DNA of 64,000 nt from an uncultured Acholeplasmatales bacterium (GTDB lineage: Bacteria; Bacillota_I; Bacilli_A; Acholeplasmatales; Anaeroplasmataceae): positions 5,753-69,752 of the forward strand of contig CALUXR010000008.1 of NCBI GenBank assembly GCA_944324795.1. The letters run 5' to 3'. A program made the position numbers and the translations under genes. A model generated the notes under the pieces. The model was not told where the DNA came from, did no database searches, and worked only from the letters and a program-made list of their open reading frames with translations. Positions 31,029-41,705 of this stretch are shown here, piece by piece (positions within the stretch are counted from its first letter, which is position 1; the number at the start of each line of letters is the position of its first letter).

Positions 31029-31307
31029 ATGAGAAAATTTACTAAATATTCTATAATACTTACAGCCATTATAGTTTTATCTTTTTGTATAATTTATTAT
31101 ATTGTTTTAAAATTAAAGAATATTGATTTAAGTTTTCTACCATTTATGATAACAAATATTATTTTACTTGTAATTTTTGCTATTATAGATTTAATTAAAT
31201 TTAATGATAACAATAAAGCATTTAGTTTATTTATGAAGGATTTATTAATTATAATTATATTAATGATAATATATATTCCTTTTATAATAATTCAAGGTTT
31301 TGTATAA
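31029..31307 (+). CDS. small membrane protein (92 aa, 3 TM)
   Basis: I prefer the ATG at 31029 behind the AGGAGG/GGAG RBS (31019-31025). The listed 30948 start adds non-hydrophobic leader codons with no RBS. Confidence 0.55.
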   Translation: MRKFTKYSIILTAIIVLSFCIIYYIVLKLKNIDLSFLPFMITNIILLVIFAIIDLIKFNDNNKAFSLFMKDLLIIIILMIIYIPFIIIQGFV

Positions 31308-31356
31308 AATTTGTATAATTATAGAACTTATTTATTAAAATTATTAAGTAGATAGT

Positions 31357-32391
31357 ATGAAATTAAAATTAATTATAGTATCTATAATGATATTATTAAT
31401 ATGTAACTTATCTAATTTAGTTACTGCAAATGAATATGTCTATGTAAACGATAACAACGTGACAATATCAAGTCGACTATATGATAAATTAGTAAGTGTG
31501 GGTTATACTGAAAAAGAAATTAAAAAATTAGAACTAGATAAAATTGACAAAGTTAAATTTATGAACATATTTGATATAACAAAAGATGAACTTTATGTTA
31601 GAACTACTACAGTTCATAATATAGATGGCTCTATGACATCGACAAATGAATATATTGATGTTAATGAATATAATGAATCAATTGCTACATATGCGAGTTA
31701 TCCAAATGAGTATTCTACTGTAACTATAGATTATAAAAAACTTACGATTACGGGTACTTATTATTATGATCAAGAAGATGAGGGTCTGTTTTTTATAAAA
31801 GTCAATGTTGAATATTTGGATACACCTAATGATCGGTATGAAGATATGTTGGCTATAAATTTTACTGATGATATCCAATTGAAAAGTTATTATTCTAGTG
31901 GTAGTCAATATATAGATTTTGAAGCAAAAATTACTTATACAGAACATTTTTTCCAAGATTATAAACATCAATATGGAAATCCAATTTATGAAGATAGAAC
32001 AACAGAAAAAGAAGTTGTTATAACAGGTGAAAGTGTTGGACAATATAATCATGATTTAAATAAACATATTGCAGTTAAATTCCAATTACCTAAAGATGAA
32101 GTGTGGGACTATACGGGTGAAATTGTGGATCAATATCATGAATATGAATATTATGATTTTTTCTTTACAATGGAAGCTAATTTTATTCCACAAGTTACTA
32201 ATTTAAACGCCTGTGGATTTGCTGGAGTTTTTATCCATCAAAATGGTTTTGGCTCTATTGATTGGGGAAAAATTACTTTTACTCCAACATACCCATATTT
32301 TTCATATTCAACAAGTATATGGGTAAATGACCCAAATTTTGATGCTACTGTTGCTAAAGAAATAATGTTTGAAAATTTAAGCTCTTATTAA
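31357..32391 (+). CDS. secreted hypothetical protein (signal peptide)
   Basis: 344 aa with N-terminus MKLKLIIVSIMILLICNLSNLVTA. No recognised family. The antisense ORF 31678-32052 is rejected. Confidence 0.6.
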   Translation: MKLKLIIVSIMILLICNLSNLVTANEYVYVNDNNVTISSRLYDKLVSVGYTEKEIKKLELDKIDKVKFMNIFDITKDELYVRTTTVHNIDGSMTSTNEYIDVNEYNESIATYASYPNEYSTVTIDYKKLTITGTYYYDQEDEGLFFIKVNVEYLDTPNDRYEDMLAINFTDDIQLKSYYSSGSQYIDFEAKITYTEHFFQDYKHQYGNPIYEDRTTEKEVVITGESVGQYNHDLNKHIAVKFQLPKDEVWDYTGEIVDQYHEYEYYDFFFTMEANFIPQVTNLNACGFAGVFIHQNGFGSIDWGKITFTPTYPYFSYSTSIWVNDPNFDATVAKEIMFENLSSY

Positions 32392-32557
32392 TGTCATAAA
32401 ATTTAGCACTTCCACAAAATAATGTGAGTTTCTTCAAAAAATAAAATTGTGCTGAAATGTATTAATTAAAAAATAACGCTTGCTAGCTTTTTTAATAATT
32501 TATTTAATTATTTTAAAAAGGGCTTGCAATTAGATTAAAAATTAGTATAATTTAAAC

Positions 32558-32807
32558 AAGCAAGAAAAAGAAATAGTAATCTTCCCCTATATTTAGCGAG
32601 CTACAGGTTGGTGAAAGTGTAGTATAATAAGGTTGATGAACGCATCTTTTATGTAATGCTAGGAATTGAGTATTAGCATTAGGGTTCGCCCTTTACAGCG
32701 ATAGAGTATGTTTGTACTTGAAGGGTATATCTTTTTTAAGATATAAATTAAGGTGGCACCGCGGATTATTCGTCCTTAAATGATTAATTTCATTTAAGGC
32801 TTTTTTT
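32558..32807 (+). promoter_or_regulatory. T-box leader, probable Arg specifier (CGC at 32641-32643)
   Basis: - Promoter: TTGCAA (32524-29), 16 bp, TATAAT (32546-51).
- Stem I: AAUAGUA/GAACGCA specifier loop and AGCGAG...GGTGAAAG distal motifs.
- T-box sequence: AAATTAAGGTGGCACCGCGG (32746-32765).
- Terminator: CCTTAAATGA/TCATTTAAGG plus a T-run (32774-32807). Confidence 0.9.
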
Positions 32808-32828
32808 GTTTTTAAGGAGGAAAATATA

Positions 32829-33980
32829 ATGGATAAAATGATTAAAAAACAGAATGAATTATTAGAAGAATTTAAAGGATATGTTAAAGAAATTTATTTA
32901 AATCCTGAACTTGGTAATGCAGAATACAAAACTTCAAAATTATTAAGTAATGTATTAGTTAAATATGGTTTTAATACTAAATGTCCTAATTTATTAAAAA
33001 CTGATTTTTTAGGTATTTATGAAAGTAAAAAGGAAGGACCAAAGCTTGCTTATTTATGTGAATATGATGCATTGCCAGAAGTAGGACATGGCTGCGGACA
33101 TAATTTAATTGGAGTTACTTCAATACTTGCAGCTATCATGTTAAAAGAAGTTATTGATGAAATTGGTGGTAGCATTTATGTTTTTGGTTGTCCTGCTGAA
33201 GAAAATTTTGGTGGTAAGGTTGAACTTGCAAAACTTAATGCTTTTAAATGTTGTGATGTTGCAATGATGTTACATCCTTCTAGTAAATATGCAGTAGGTT
33301 CAAGAACGCAAGCTTTAATCCCAGTTCGTTATACTTTTCATGGTAAAAGTGCTCATGGATGTCATCCTGAAGATGGGGCTAGTGCTTTAGATGGGGTAAT
33401 TAGTACATATAATGGTATTAGTATGTTACGTCAATTTATTAAACCTGGTTGTTTTATACATGGTGTTATTACAAATGGAGGTAAAGCTGCAAATGTTATA
33501 CCAGATTTAGCTGTAATAGATTATTATTTCCGAGCTCCTGATATTAAATATGCTAATTATATTAAAGAAAAAGCTGATAATATTGCTAAAGGGGCAGCCT
33601 TAATGTATGGCCTAACTTTTGATGAAGAGATTTATGAATGTATTTATGAAGATAAAAAAATAAATTATACATTAGCTAAAGAATTAAAAAAGATTTTTAA
33701 AGAAATGAATATAGAAGCAGAAGATGTTAATGAAATAGCTGCTGGTTCAAGTGATGTTGGGGCTGTATCATATCAAATACCTACGATTGAAGGTAATATG
33801 AAGATTTGTGATAAAAATATATGTGGGCATAGTAAAGAATTTGCGGCTGCGACTATTAGTGATATGGGTACCTTAGCTTTAAAGAATGGTAGTTTAGCTT
33901 TAGCTAAGCTTGGTTATAATTTAATTTGTAATAAGGAATTATTAGCGGAGGTTAAAGATGAATTTGAAAAAAATAATTAG
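32829..33980 (+). CDS. M20-family amidohydrolase (AbgB/AmhX-like)
   Basis: HGCGHNLIG metal-binding motif, CPAEE, M20 dimerisation insert; 383 aa. Confidence 0.8.
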   Translation: MDKMIKKQNELLEEFKGYVKEIYLNPELGNAEYKTSKLLSNVLVKYGFNTKCPNLLKTDFLGIYESKKEGPKLAYLCEYDALPEVGHGCGHNLIGVTSILAAIMLKEVIDEIGGSIYVFGCPAEENFGGKVELAKLNAFKCCDVAMMLHPSSKYAVGSRTQALIPVRYTFHGKSAHGCHPEDGASALDGVISTYNGISMLRQFIKPGCFIHGVITNGGKAANVIPDLAVIDYYFRAPDIKYANYIKEKADNIAKGAALMYGLTFDEEIYECIYEDKKINYTLAKELKKIFKEMNIEAEDVNEIAAGSSDVGAVSYQIPTIEGNMKICDKNICGHSKEFAAATISDMGTLALKNGSLALAKLGYNLICNKELLAEVKDEFEKNN

Positions 33981-35502
33981 TTTTCTATTTTTAAGTTTTG
34001 TTATAATTTTCACTTTAACAAGTTGTAAAAAAGATTTACCAGAAAACTATCCTAATTGGCAAGAAGAAACATATGAACAAAAAGTAGAAGTACCAAAAAA
34101 TATTCAACTTGCTAATCCTGGTTATCTAACAATTGCGACATCACCAGATTATACTCCTTATGAATATAAAGATAATAATGTTTCTGGGATGTTAAAATAC
34201 ATTGGTTCTGATATGTATTTAGCTAATTATTTAGCTCAAACAATGGGATTGGAACTTAAAATAGTTGAATCTAATTTCGATGGTTTAACTATTCAACTTG
34301 ATCAAGATAAAGCGGATATAGTTTTAGCTGGTATGACTTATAAAAAAGAAAGAGCGGAAAATTATACATTTAGTGATATATATTATAATTCTAGTGAAGG
34401 TGGAGGCCAAATTATTTTAGTTTTAAAAAGCAATTATGATAAATATAATTCTTTTGAAGCTTTAAACAATAGTGATGTAAAAATTGGATGCCAAAATGCT
34501 TCCGTTCAACAAGAATTAGTAGAAGATCAATTACCTAATGCTACCCCAACAACAATTGGGCAAATAGCGGATGGTATCAATCTTTTAAAACATGGTAATA
34601 TTGACGCTATTGCCTTAAGCAATAGTAATGCTGAAACTTTAGTTGCATCTAATAGTGATTTAATTGTTTTAGATGGTTTTAAATTTGATTCTACATTATA
34701 TGAAGGTACAAGAGGTCTTTTAAAGAAAGCTAGTCCTTTAACTGAATATATTAATGAAGCTTTAAGTTATTTAAAAGATGGAAGTTATCAAAAATGGGTT
34801 GATCTTGCTAAAGCATATGTTCCTGAGCTTAGTATTGGAGATACTGGTAATACTAATTTCTTTGTTAGATTTTGGAATGTTTTAAGTACTTATATTTTAG
34901 AATTTTTAAGCGGAACTGGTATAACTCTTGCCTTATCTGCTCTTACTGTTATCTTTGGTACAATTATTGCCTTATTTCTTCATTTAATAAGAAGTTCAAG
35001 ATTCTTATTATTAAGAAGTATTGGTAATATTTACGTACAGTTTGTTCGTGGTATTCCGCTATTGTTATTATTGTGGTTATTATATATGATAGCTCCTTCA
35101 TCTTGGCCAAGTTATGTTTCAGTTGGTGTTGCCTTATTTTTAAATAGTGGTGCCTATGTAGCTGAAATAATAAGAGGTGGTATTTTAGCAGTAGATAAAG
35201 GTCAATATGAGGCTGCTAGAACTCTTGGTTTATCTAAGATGCAAACTTTCAAAAAAATCATTTTACCTCAAGCTACTAAAAAAATCTTACCAGCTTTAGG
35301 TAATGAGTTTGTAGCCTTAATTAAAGAAACCAGTTTAGCATCAGTCTTCTTTATTGGTGATTTAATGACTGTTAAAAATAACATAACCGCTTTAACTTAT
35401 TTATCTATTGAACCATTTATCATTGTTGGTATTATTTATTTTGTATTAACATATGGAATAACTAGATTAATTAGACATTTTGAATTAAAGATGGAGGCTT
35501 AA
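33958..35502 (+). CDS. amino-acid ABC transporter, fused lipoprotein substrate-binding domain and permease
   Basis: N-terminal lipobox LTSC; a family-3 SBP domain ([14 protein letters not shown]...AGMT); a C-terminal His/Glu/Gln/Arg-type permease with the EAA loop ([22 protein letters not shown]). Confidence 0.85.
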   Translation: MNLKKIISFLFLSFVIIFTLTSCKKDLPENYPNWQEETYEQKVEVPKNIQLANPGYLTIATSPDYTPYEYKDNNVSGMLKYIGSDMYLANYLAQTMGLELKIVESNFDGLTIQLDQDKADIVLAGMTYKKERAENYTFSDIYYNSSEGGGQIILVLKSNYDKYNSFEALNNSDVKIGCQNASVQQELVEDQLPNATPTTIGQIADGINLLKHGNIDAIALSNSNAETLVASNSDLIVLDGFKFDSTLYEGTRGLLKKASPLTEYINEALSYLKDGSYQKWVDLAKAYVPELSIGDTGNTNFFVRFWNVLSTYILEFLSGTGITLALSALTVIFGTIIALFLHLIRSSRFLLLRSIGNIYVQFVRGIPLLLLLWLLYMIAPSSWPSYVSVGVALFLNSGAYVAEIIRGGILAVDKGQYEAARTLGLSKMQTFKKIILPQATKKILPALGNEFVALIKETSLASVFFIGDLMTVKNNITALTYLSIEPFIIVGIIYFVLTYGITRLIRHFELKMEA

Positions 35503-35503
35503 T

Positions 35504-36388
35504 ATGCAAAATATAGATAATAAAGTGCTTCCTTTAATTGAAGCTAAAGATATTTATAAAAATTTTAAAGATTTACAAGTGTTAAAAGGAATTAATTTAA
35601 GTATTCATAAAGGTGAAGTTATTTCAATAATTGGGGCTTCTGGTAGTGGTAAATCAACATTCTTAAGATGTCTAAATTTATTAGAAATTCCTCAAAATGG
35701 TCAAATTTATTATAAAGGTGATTTAGTATTTGATATTGAAACTAACCATAAAGAAATTGAAGAAATAACTAAATTATTGGCTGAATCTAATGATAAGAAA
35801 TTAGAAAAAAAGCTAAAAAAAGAAATGAAAAAAGAAAATAAATATACTTTAAAAAAATCTTATTATATTGAGAAAACAATTAATCCTTATAGACAAAAGG
35901 TAGGTATGGTTTTTCAACATTTCAATATTTTTAAAAATTTATCAGTAATTGATAATATTACCTTAGCTCCTACTATGTTAGGATTAATGAGTGAAGAAGA
36001 AGCTAAAAATAAATCCTTAGAGTTGTTAAAAAGAGTTAATTTAGAAGAAAAAGCTGAATTATCTGTTAAAGGCTTATCAGGTGGTCAACTTCAAAGATTA
36101 GCTATTGTTAGAGCCCTTGCGATGAATCCGGATGTCTTATTATTTGATGAGCCAACTTCTGCATTAGACCCAGAAATGGTAAAAGAAGTTTTAAATGTTA
36201 TTAAAGAATTAGCTAATCAAGGGATGACTATGGTAATAGTTACACATGAAATGGGTTTTGCTAGAGAAGTGAGTGATAGAGTTTTATTTATGGATGAAGG
36301 ACTAATTAAAGAAGAAGGAACACCAGAAGATATATTTACTAATCCTAAGACAGAAAGATTAAAACAATTCTTAGAAGCAGTATTATAA
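35504..36388 (+). CDS. amino-acid ABC transporter ATP-binding protein with a ~45-aa Lys/Glu-rich insertion
   Basis: Walker [29 protein letters not shown]. It is 294 aa, against about 240 for the family as I remember it. The extra segment is about nt 35735-35878. Confidence 0.88.
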   Translation: MQNIDNKVLPLIEAKDIYKNFKDLQVLKGINLSIHKGEVISIIGASGSGKSTFLRCLNLLEIPQNGQIYYKGDLVFDIETNHKEIEEITKLLAESNDKKLEKKLKKEMKKENKYTLKKSYYIEKTINPYRQKVGMVFQHFNIFKNLSVIDNITLAPTMLGLMSEEEAKNKSLELLKRVNLEEKAELSVKGLSGGQLQRLAIVRALAMNPDVLLFDEPTSALDPEMVKEVLNVIKELANQGMTMVIVTHEMGFAREVSDRVLFMDEGLIKEEGTPEDIFTNPKTERLKQFLEAVL

Positions 36389-36767
36389 TTAATTGTCAAA
36401 ATATTTAGTATCTATATACTTTATATTTTGATTTTTTTATTTAAAATTTTAAAACATACTAAAATAGTTTTAGATAGACTATTTACATTAATATGGTAAA
36501 GAATATAGGATTAAGAAAGAAATATATTATTAGTTTAATAATTATAATTTTATCATCAGCTATTATTTTATTAATATTTTTATCATAAATTATAGTAAAA
36601 GCCTCTAAATATTTATATTTAATATCATTTTTCATCTAGAGAAAGTAATTATATTTATACAACTAACTCTAAAAATATAGAATATAGTTTACATATCATA
36701 ATTTAGTAATTTTATATTATGAAATTAATAATAATATAATTCATTTAACATAAAAAACTTATCTTTT

Positions 36768-36791
36768 ACCTTATTTAAGATAAGGTTTTTT
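36768..36791 (+). terminator. orphan rho-independent terminator with no annotated gene upstream
   Basis: Stem ACCTTAT/ATAAGGT, loop TTAAG, T-run. It lies directly before the lepA promoter: TTGCAA (36793-98), 17 bp, TATAAT (36816-21). Confidence 0.6.
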
Positions 36792-36840
36792 ATTGCAAGA
36801 AAAGGGGATTTTTGCTATAATCAAAAATTGTAGAAAGTAG

Positions 36841-38676
36841 TTGATAAATTTGAGTATTGATAAAAATGAATTTATTTTAAAACAAAATAAAATTAGAAAT
36901 TTTTGCATAATTGCTCATATTGACCATGGTAAATCAACTTTAGCTGATCGTATACTTGAAATTTGTGATAGCATTGAAGAAAGAGAAATGCAAGAACAAA
37001 TCTTAGATAGTATGGATTTAGAACGTGAAAGAGGAATAACGATTAAATTAAACGCTGTTGCGCTAAAATATAAAGCTTTAGATGGTTTAACTTATGAATT
37101 TAATTTGATTGATACGCCAGGACATGTTGACTTCACTTATGAAGTATCACGTAGTTTAGCTGCTTGTGAAGGTGCTATACTTGTTGTTGATGCTACTCAA
37201 GGTGTTGAGGCTCAAACCATTGCAAACGTTTATTTAGCATTAGATAATAATTTAGAAATCCTACCATTAATTAATAAAATTGATCTACCTTCAGCTGATA
37301 TAGAAAAAGCTAAACATGAAATAGAAGATGTAATCGGTTTGCCTGCTAGTAATGCTGTTAGTTGTTCAGCTAAAACCGGAATAGGGGTTAGAGATATTTT
37401 AGAAGAAATTGTTAAATATGTTCCTGCTCCTAAAGGTGATATTTTTGCTCCAACAAAAGCTTTAATTTTTGATAGTGCTTTTGATCCTTATCGTGGTGTT
37501 GTTGTTTTAATATGTGTTAAAGAAGGTATGATTAAAACTGGTGATGTTATTTATTTTATGGCGACAGGAGCTAGTTATCAAGTTGTAGAAATTGGAGTTA
37601 GGACTCCTAAAGAAGTTAAAAAAGATTTTTTAATGGCAGGCGAAGTTGGTTATTTAACTGCTAGTATAAAAGATATAAATAAAGTCCATGTTGGTGATAC
37701 AATAACAACATTGCCTAATAAAGCTAGTGAACCACTTCCTGGTTATAAAAAAATGAATCCAATGGTTTATTGCGGTTTATATCCAATTGATTCAAAACAA
37801 TATGAAGATTTAAAAGAAGCTTTAGAAAAATTAAAATTATCAGACTCTAGTTTAGTTTATGAACCAGAAACTTCTCAAGCTTTAGGTTTTGGCTTTAGAA
37901 CAGGCTTTTTAGGCCTTTTACATATGGATATTATTCAAGAAAGAATATCTAGAGAATTTGGTATTGAATTAATTGCTACTGCCCCAAGTGTTTCATATCA
38001 TGTTTATCTTACAAACGGCGAAATGAAAATCATAGATAATCCAGCAGATCTTCCTGATACAGGTTTAATTAGTAGAATTGAAGAACCTTTTGTAAAAGCT
38101 ACTATAATGACTCCAAGTGATTATGTAGGTGCTATTATGGATTTATGTCAGAAAAAAAGAGGAACTTTTATCGATATGCAATATATTGAAGAAACTAGAG
38201 TTTTAATTCATTATCAAATGCCTCTTTTAGAAATTGTTTATGATTTCTTTGATAAATTAAAAAGTTATACTAAAGGTTATGCTAGCCTCGATTATGAAAT
38301 AGCTGATTATGAACCATCTAAACTTGTTAGAATGGATATTATGTTAAATGGTGATGTAATCGATGCTTTATCAACAATAGTTCATAAAGATTTTGCCTAT
38401 CAAAGAGGGAAGGTACTAGTTGAAAAATTAAAAGATATAATACCACGTCAATTATTTGAAGTACCAGTTCAAGCTGTAATTAATCATAAAGTTATAGCGC
38501 GTTCAGATATTAAAGCGATGCGAAAAGATGTTCTTGCGAAATGTTATGGTGGCGATATTTCACGTAAGAAAAAATTATTAGAAAAACAAAAAGAAGGCAA
38601 GAAGAAGATGAAGGCAATCGGTAGTGTTGAAGTACCTCAAGAAGCTTTCCTTGCTATATTAAAAACAGATGAATAG
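36841..38676 (+). CDS. lepA: elongation factor 4 (LepA)
   Basis: [21 protein letters not shown]1 motif, DTPGHVDF, and a LepA C-terminal domain. There is no in-frame ATG near the 5' end, so a TTG start (36841 or 36850) is assumed. Confidence 0.93.
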   Translation: MINLSIDKNEFILKQNKIRNFCIIAHIDHGKSTLADRILEICDSIEEREMQEQILDSMDLERERGITIKLNAVALKYKALDGLTYEFNLIDTPGHVDFTYEVSRSLAACEGAILVVDATQGVEAQTIANVYLALDNNLEILPLINKIDLPSADIEKAKHEIEDVIGLPASNAVSCSAKTGIGVRDILEEIVKYVPAPKGDIFAPTKALIFDSAFDPYRGVVVLICVKEGMIKTGDVIYFMATGASYQVVEIGVRTPKEVKKDFLMAGEVGYLTASIKDINKVHVGDTITTLPNKASEPLPGYKKMNPMVYCGLYPIDSKQYEDLKEALEKLKLSDSSLVYEPETSQALGFGFRTGFLGLLHMDIIQERISREFGIELIATAPSVSYHVYLTNGEMKIIDNPADLPDTGLISRIEEPFVKATIMTPSDYVGAIMDLCQKKRGTFIDMQYIEETRVLIHYQMPLLEIVYDFFDKLKSYTKGYASLDYEIADYEPSKLVRMDIMLNGDVIDALSTIVHKDFAYQRGKVLVEKLKDIIPRQLFEVPVQAVINHKVIARSDIKAMRKDVLAKCYGGDISRKKKLLEKQKEGKKKMKAIGSVEVPQEAFLAILKTDE

Positions 38677-38686
38677 GAGATTTAAA

Positions 38687-39115
38687 ATGTTAAAAAAAGA
38701 TTGTCAATATTGTTTAAAAAGAGAAGATATCGAAAATTTTGGTAGAATAGCTTTTGAAACTGAAACATCAATTATTATTGCTTTTAAGGATCAATCACAT
38801 AAAGGTAGAATGGTAGTTGCTTATAAAAATGATCATGTTGCTGAAATTGGTGATTTATCAGAAGAAGAAAGAAAGAATTTTATTGATGATGTTGTTAAAT
38901 GTGCAAATGCTATAAAGAAATGTTATCATCCTGATCGTATCAATTATGGTGCATATGGTGATGCACTTGGTCATCTTCATTTCCATTTAGTACCTAAATA
39001 TAAAGATGGTTTTGAGTGGGGTGGAACCTTTGTTATGAATACAGGTAAAGAAAATTATTGTTCTGAAGAAGAATTAACTGAATTAATTAATAATATCAAA
39101 AACAATTGGGAATAA
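38687..39115 (+). CDS. HIT-family hydrolase
   Basis: Histidine triad HLHFHLVP. I prefer the ATG at 38687 (AGGAG at 38674-38678). Confidence 0.8.
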   Translation: MLKKDCQYCLKREDIENFGRIAFETETSIIIAFKDQSHKGRMVVAYKNDHVAEIGDLSEEERKNFIDDVVKCANAIKKCYHPDRINYGAYGDALGHLHFHLVPKYKDGFEWGGTFVMNTGKENYCSEEELTELINNIKNNWE

Positions 39116-39134
39116 AAAAACAGCCTAAGCTGTT
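39112..39134 (-). terminator. terminator of the minus-strand M20 gene
   Basis: On the minus strand: AACAGC-TTAG-GCTGTT followed by TTTTTTTT. Confidence 0.6.
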
Positions 39135-40246
39135 AGTAAATTTAATAAAATTTGACTTCCATAATCAATCGTTTCAAATGCCACTACGAAATGACTATTA
39201 TGTAAATCATAATATTTAGCTCCTTTTTCTCTTGCACCTATCCAGGTAAGACAAATAGGAGCTATTTCTTTATAATAAGCAAAATCTTCACCAATTAAGG
39301 CTGGCTCTTTTAATTTAATTAAATTATTATCACCTAAAAATTTTGCAGCAATAAATATTTTATCTGCTAAAATATCTGAATTATATAGTGGTGGATAAGC
39401 ATAATGAAACATAAATTTATAATTTGCCTTATATTTATCACATATATTTTTAATAATATTTTCCATTTCATTATTTAAAAAATCTCTATTTTTTTGGTTA
39501 AAACTTCTAGCAGTACCTTTTAAATAGGCCATATCTTTAATAATATTCATATTTATTCCACTATTAAAATAAGTAGTAGATAAAACGATATTTTCTCTTT
39601 TTTTAAGTTCTTGAAAAAAATCTTCAAATTTTAAAACAATTTCACTACCAATTATAATAGGATTAATTCCCTTTTCTGGTCTTGAACCATGGCTACCTAT
39701 TCCTTTAATTTCTAATTCCCATAGATCAGGGGCCGCACAAGCTTCACCAATTTTAATGCCAATTTGGCCAACTTCTAAATCTGGTGAAACATGATAAGCA
39801 TAAAAATAATCAACTTTTTTAACTAAAGGATGTTCTTTTAAATAATAAGCTCCACCAGGAAGAGGTCCTTCTTCAGCAGGTTGAAAAATGAATAAGATAT
39901 TATAATTTATTTTATCAATATTTTCACAAATCAATTTAGCTGTATTAAGCAAAATTGTCATATGAGCATCATGACCACAAGCATGCATATAATTATTTTT
40001 ACTTTTAAAAGGACAATTACTCTCTTCAATAATAGGTAAGGCATCCATATCAGAACGAAGTCCAACCGTTTCTTTTTTTCCTAAATCTAAATAACATAAG
40101 ACAGCTCTATTTTCCATCGCATAAATAGGTTTTAATCCTAATGATTCTAAAGTGTTATAAATAAATTTAGCAGTATTATATGTTTCATAACCAATTTCAG
40201 GAAATTCATGTAAATATTTTCTTACTTTATAGATAAATTCATTCAT
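39125..40246 (-). CDS. M20D-family amidohydrolase (N-acyl-amino-acid/hippurate hydrolase-like)
   Basis: MHACGHDAH motif, FQPAEEG; 373 aa. Confidence 0.82.
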   Translation of the reverse strand: MNEFIYKVRKYLHEFPEIGYETYNTAKFIYNTLESLGLKPIYAMENRAVLCYLDLGKKETVGLRSDMDALPIIEESNCPFKSKNNYMHACGHDAHMTILLNTAKLICENIDKINYNILFIFQPAEEGPLPGGAYYLKEHPLVKKVDYFYAYHVSPDLEVGQIGIKIGEACAAPDLWELEIKGIGSHGSRPEKGINPIIIGSEIVLKFEDFFQELKKRENIVLSTTYFNSGINMNIIKDMAYLKGTARSFNQKNRDFLNNEMENIIKNICDKYKANYKFMFHYAYPPLYNSDILADKIFIAAKFLGDNNLIKLKEPALIGEDFAYYKEIAPICLTWIGAREKGAKYYDLHNSHFVVAFETIDYGSQILLNLLTA

Positions 40247-40447
40247 AAAATCAACTCTTTTCTTAAAAATTATACTTTAATTTATTTAATTATTCAAATA
40301 TTTATTTAATTCATAAAAATAATTTTTTTACAATTTAAATAAATAAAATATCTAAAATTGTTAATATATATTTTATATTATGAAAAAAAGTTAAAATAAT
40401 ATTTAAAAAAACACTTGCATAAAATATAAAAATTTGTATAATATAGA

Positions 40448-40700
40448 CAATCGATGAAAAGAAGAGTAATTTATTTAGTAGTTTTAAGAGAGTCTAGGTT
40501 AGGTGTGACTAGATAATGAAAAATAAATGAACATGGTCTTGGAGAAATGATACCAATATGTAGGTTTCATGAGGATTCGCCTCTTATAGCGATAGAGTAT
40601 GTTAGTACTTGAAAATAGGTCAATTTATTTAATTGATGAATTAAGGTTGGTATCACGAATTTTACAGTTTCGTCCTTTTGTTAGGATGAGACTGTTTTTT
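40448..40700 (+). promoter_or_regulatory. T-box leader, probable Met specifier (AUG at 40533-40535)
   Basis: - Promoter: TTGCAT (40415-20), 16 bp, TATAAT (40437-42).
- Stem I: AGAGUA/GAACAUGG specifier loop between helices AAGA/TCTT and ATTTATTT/AAATAAAT, with an AGAGAG box and GGTGTGA.
- T-box sequence: GAATTAAGGTTGGTATCACG.
- Terminator: 40664-40700. Confidence 0.85.
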
Positions 40701-40718
40701 AATTTTAAGGAGGGCAAA

Positions 40719-41705
40719 ATGATTAGATTTATAAATGTAGTAAAAAAATATAGTGACTTAGTAGCTTTAAAAAATATTAATTTAGAAATTTCTGATGGGG
40801 AAATATTTGGCCTTGTTGGTCCTAGTGGGGCTGGTAAATCTACATTACTTAGAACTATTAATAAACTTGAAGAAGTAGATGATGGGCAGATTTTAGTTGA
40901 TACTATTAATGTATGTGAATTAAATGGGAAAAATTTAGCAAATTATAGACAAAAAGTAGCAATGATTTTTCAACATTTTGCCTTATTAAATACGCAAAAT
41001 GTCTATAAAAATATTGCATTACCACTTGAAGCTAGACATTTTAAAAAGAAAGAAATTAAAGAAAAAGTTTTAAAATTAGCAGAAATCACAGGCATTAGCG
41101 ATAAATTAGATTCATTACCTACAACATTATCAGGTGGTCAATGTCAAAGAGTAGCGATCGCGCGAGCTTTAGCATTAGATCCTAAAATATTACTTTGTGA
41201 TGAAGCTACTAGTGCACTTGATCCTAATACAACTATTCAAATATTAGATATCTTAAAGAAAATAAATAAAGAATTAAAGATAACAATTGTTATTGTAACT
41301 CATCAAATGGAAGTTGTTAAATATATTTGTGATAGAGTAGCAGTTATAAATAAAGGAGAAATTTTAGAAATAGGAAAAACAGAAGATATTTTCCTATATA
41401 AAAATAAAGCATTAGAAACTTTAGTTGATGAAAAGCCAATTGTCCCAACAAATGGTAAAAATATTAAATTGATATTCCCTAAAAAATCAGCTAGTGAATC
41501 ATTAATTACTAAAATGGCTCGCGACTTAAATATCGATTTTGATATAGTGTGGGGTAAACTTGAAAAATTTGGTGATGATGTTCTTGGTAGTTTAGTTATC
41601 AATGTTAAAGATAAAGATTTTATTAATGTTTTAACTTATATTAATAAAACTGATGTTAAATATGAGCTTATAAAGGGGGATAATAAAGATGACATTTCTA
41701 GATAA
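40719..41705 (+). CDS. metN: methionine ABC transporter ATP-binding protein
   Basis: Start at ATG 40719 behind AAGGAGG; the listed 40599 start reads through the T-box leader. Walker A GPSGAGKST, LSGGQCQR, and a C-terminal NIL/ACT-like domain. Confidence 0.9.
   Translation: MIRFINVVKKYSDLVALKNINLEISDGEIFGLVGPSGAGKSTLLRTINKLEEVDDGQILVDTINVCELNGKNLANYRQKVAMIFQHFALLNTQNVYKNIALPLEARHFKKKEIKEKVLKLAEITGISDKLDSLPTTLSGGQCQRVAIARALALDPKILLCDEATSALDPNTTIQILDILKKINKELKITIVIVTHQMEVVKYICDRVAVINKGEILEIGKTEDIFLYKNKALETLVDEKPIVPTNGKNIKLIFPKKSASESLITKMARDLNIDFDIVWGKLEKFGDDVLGSLVINVKDKDFINVLTYINKTDVKYELIKGDNKDDISR

Noticed and set aside
40599-40718. N-terminal 40-codon extension of metN in the ORF track
   Set aside because: These codons run through the T-box antiterminator/terminator. 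The real start is ATG 40719, behind AAGGAGG.
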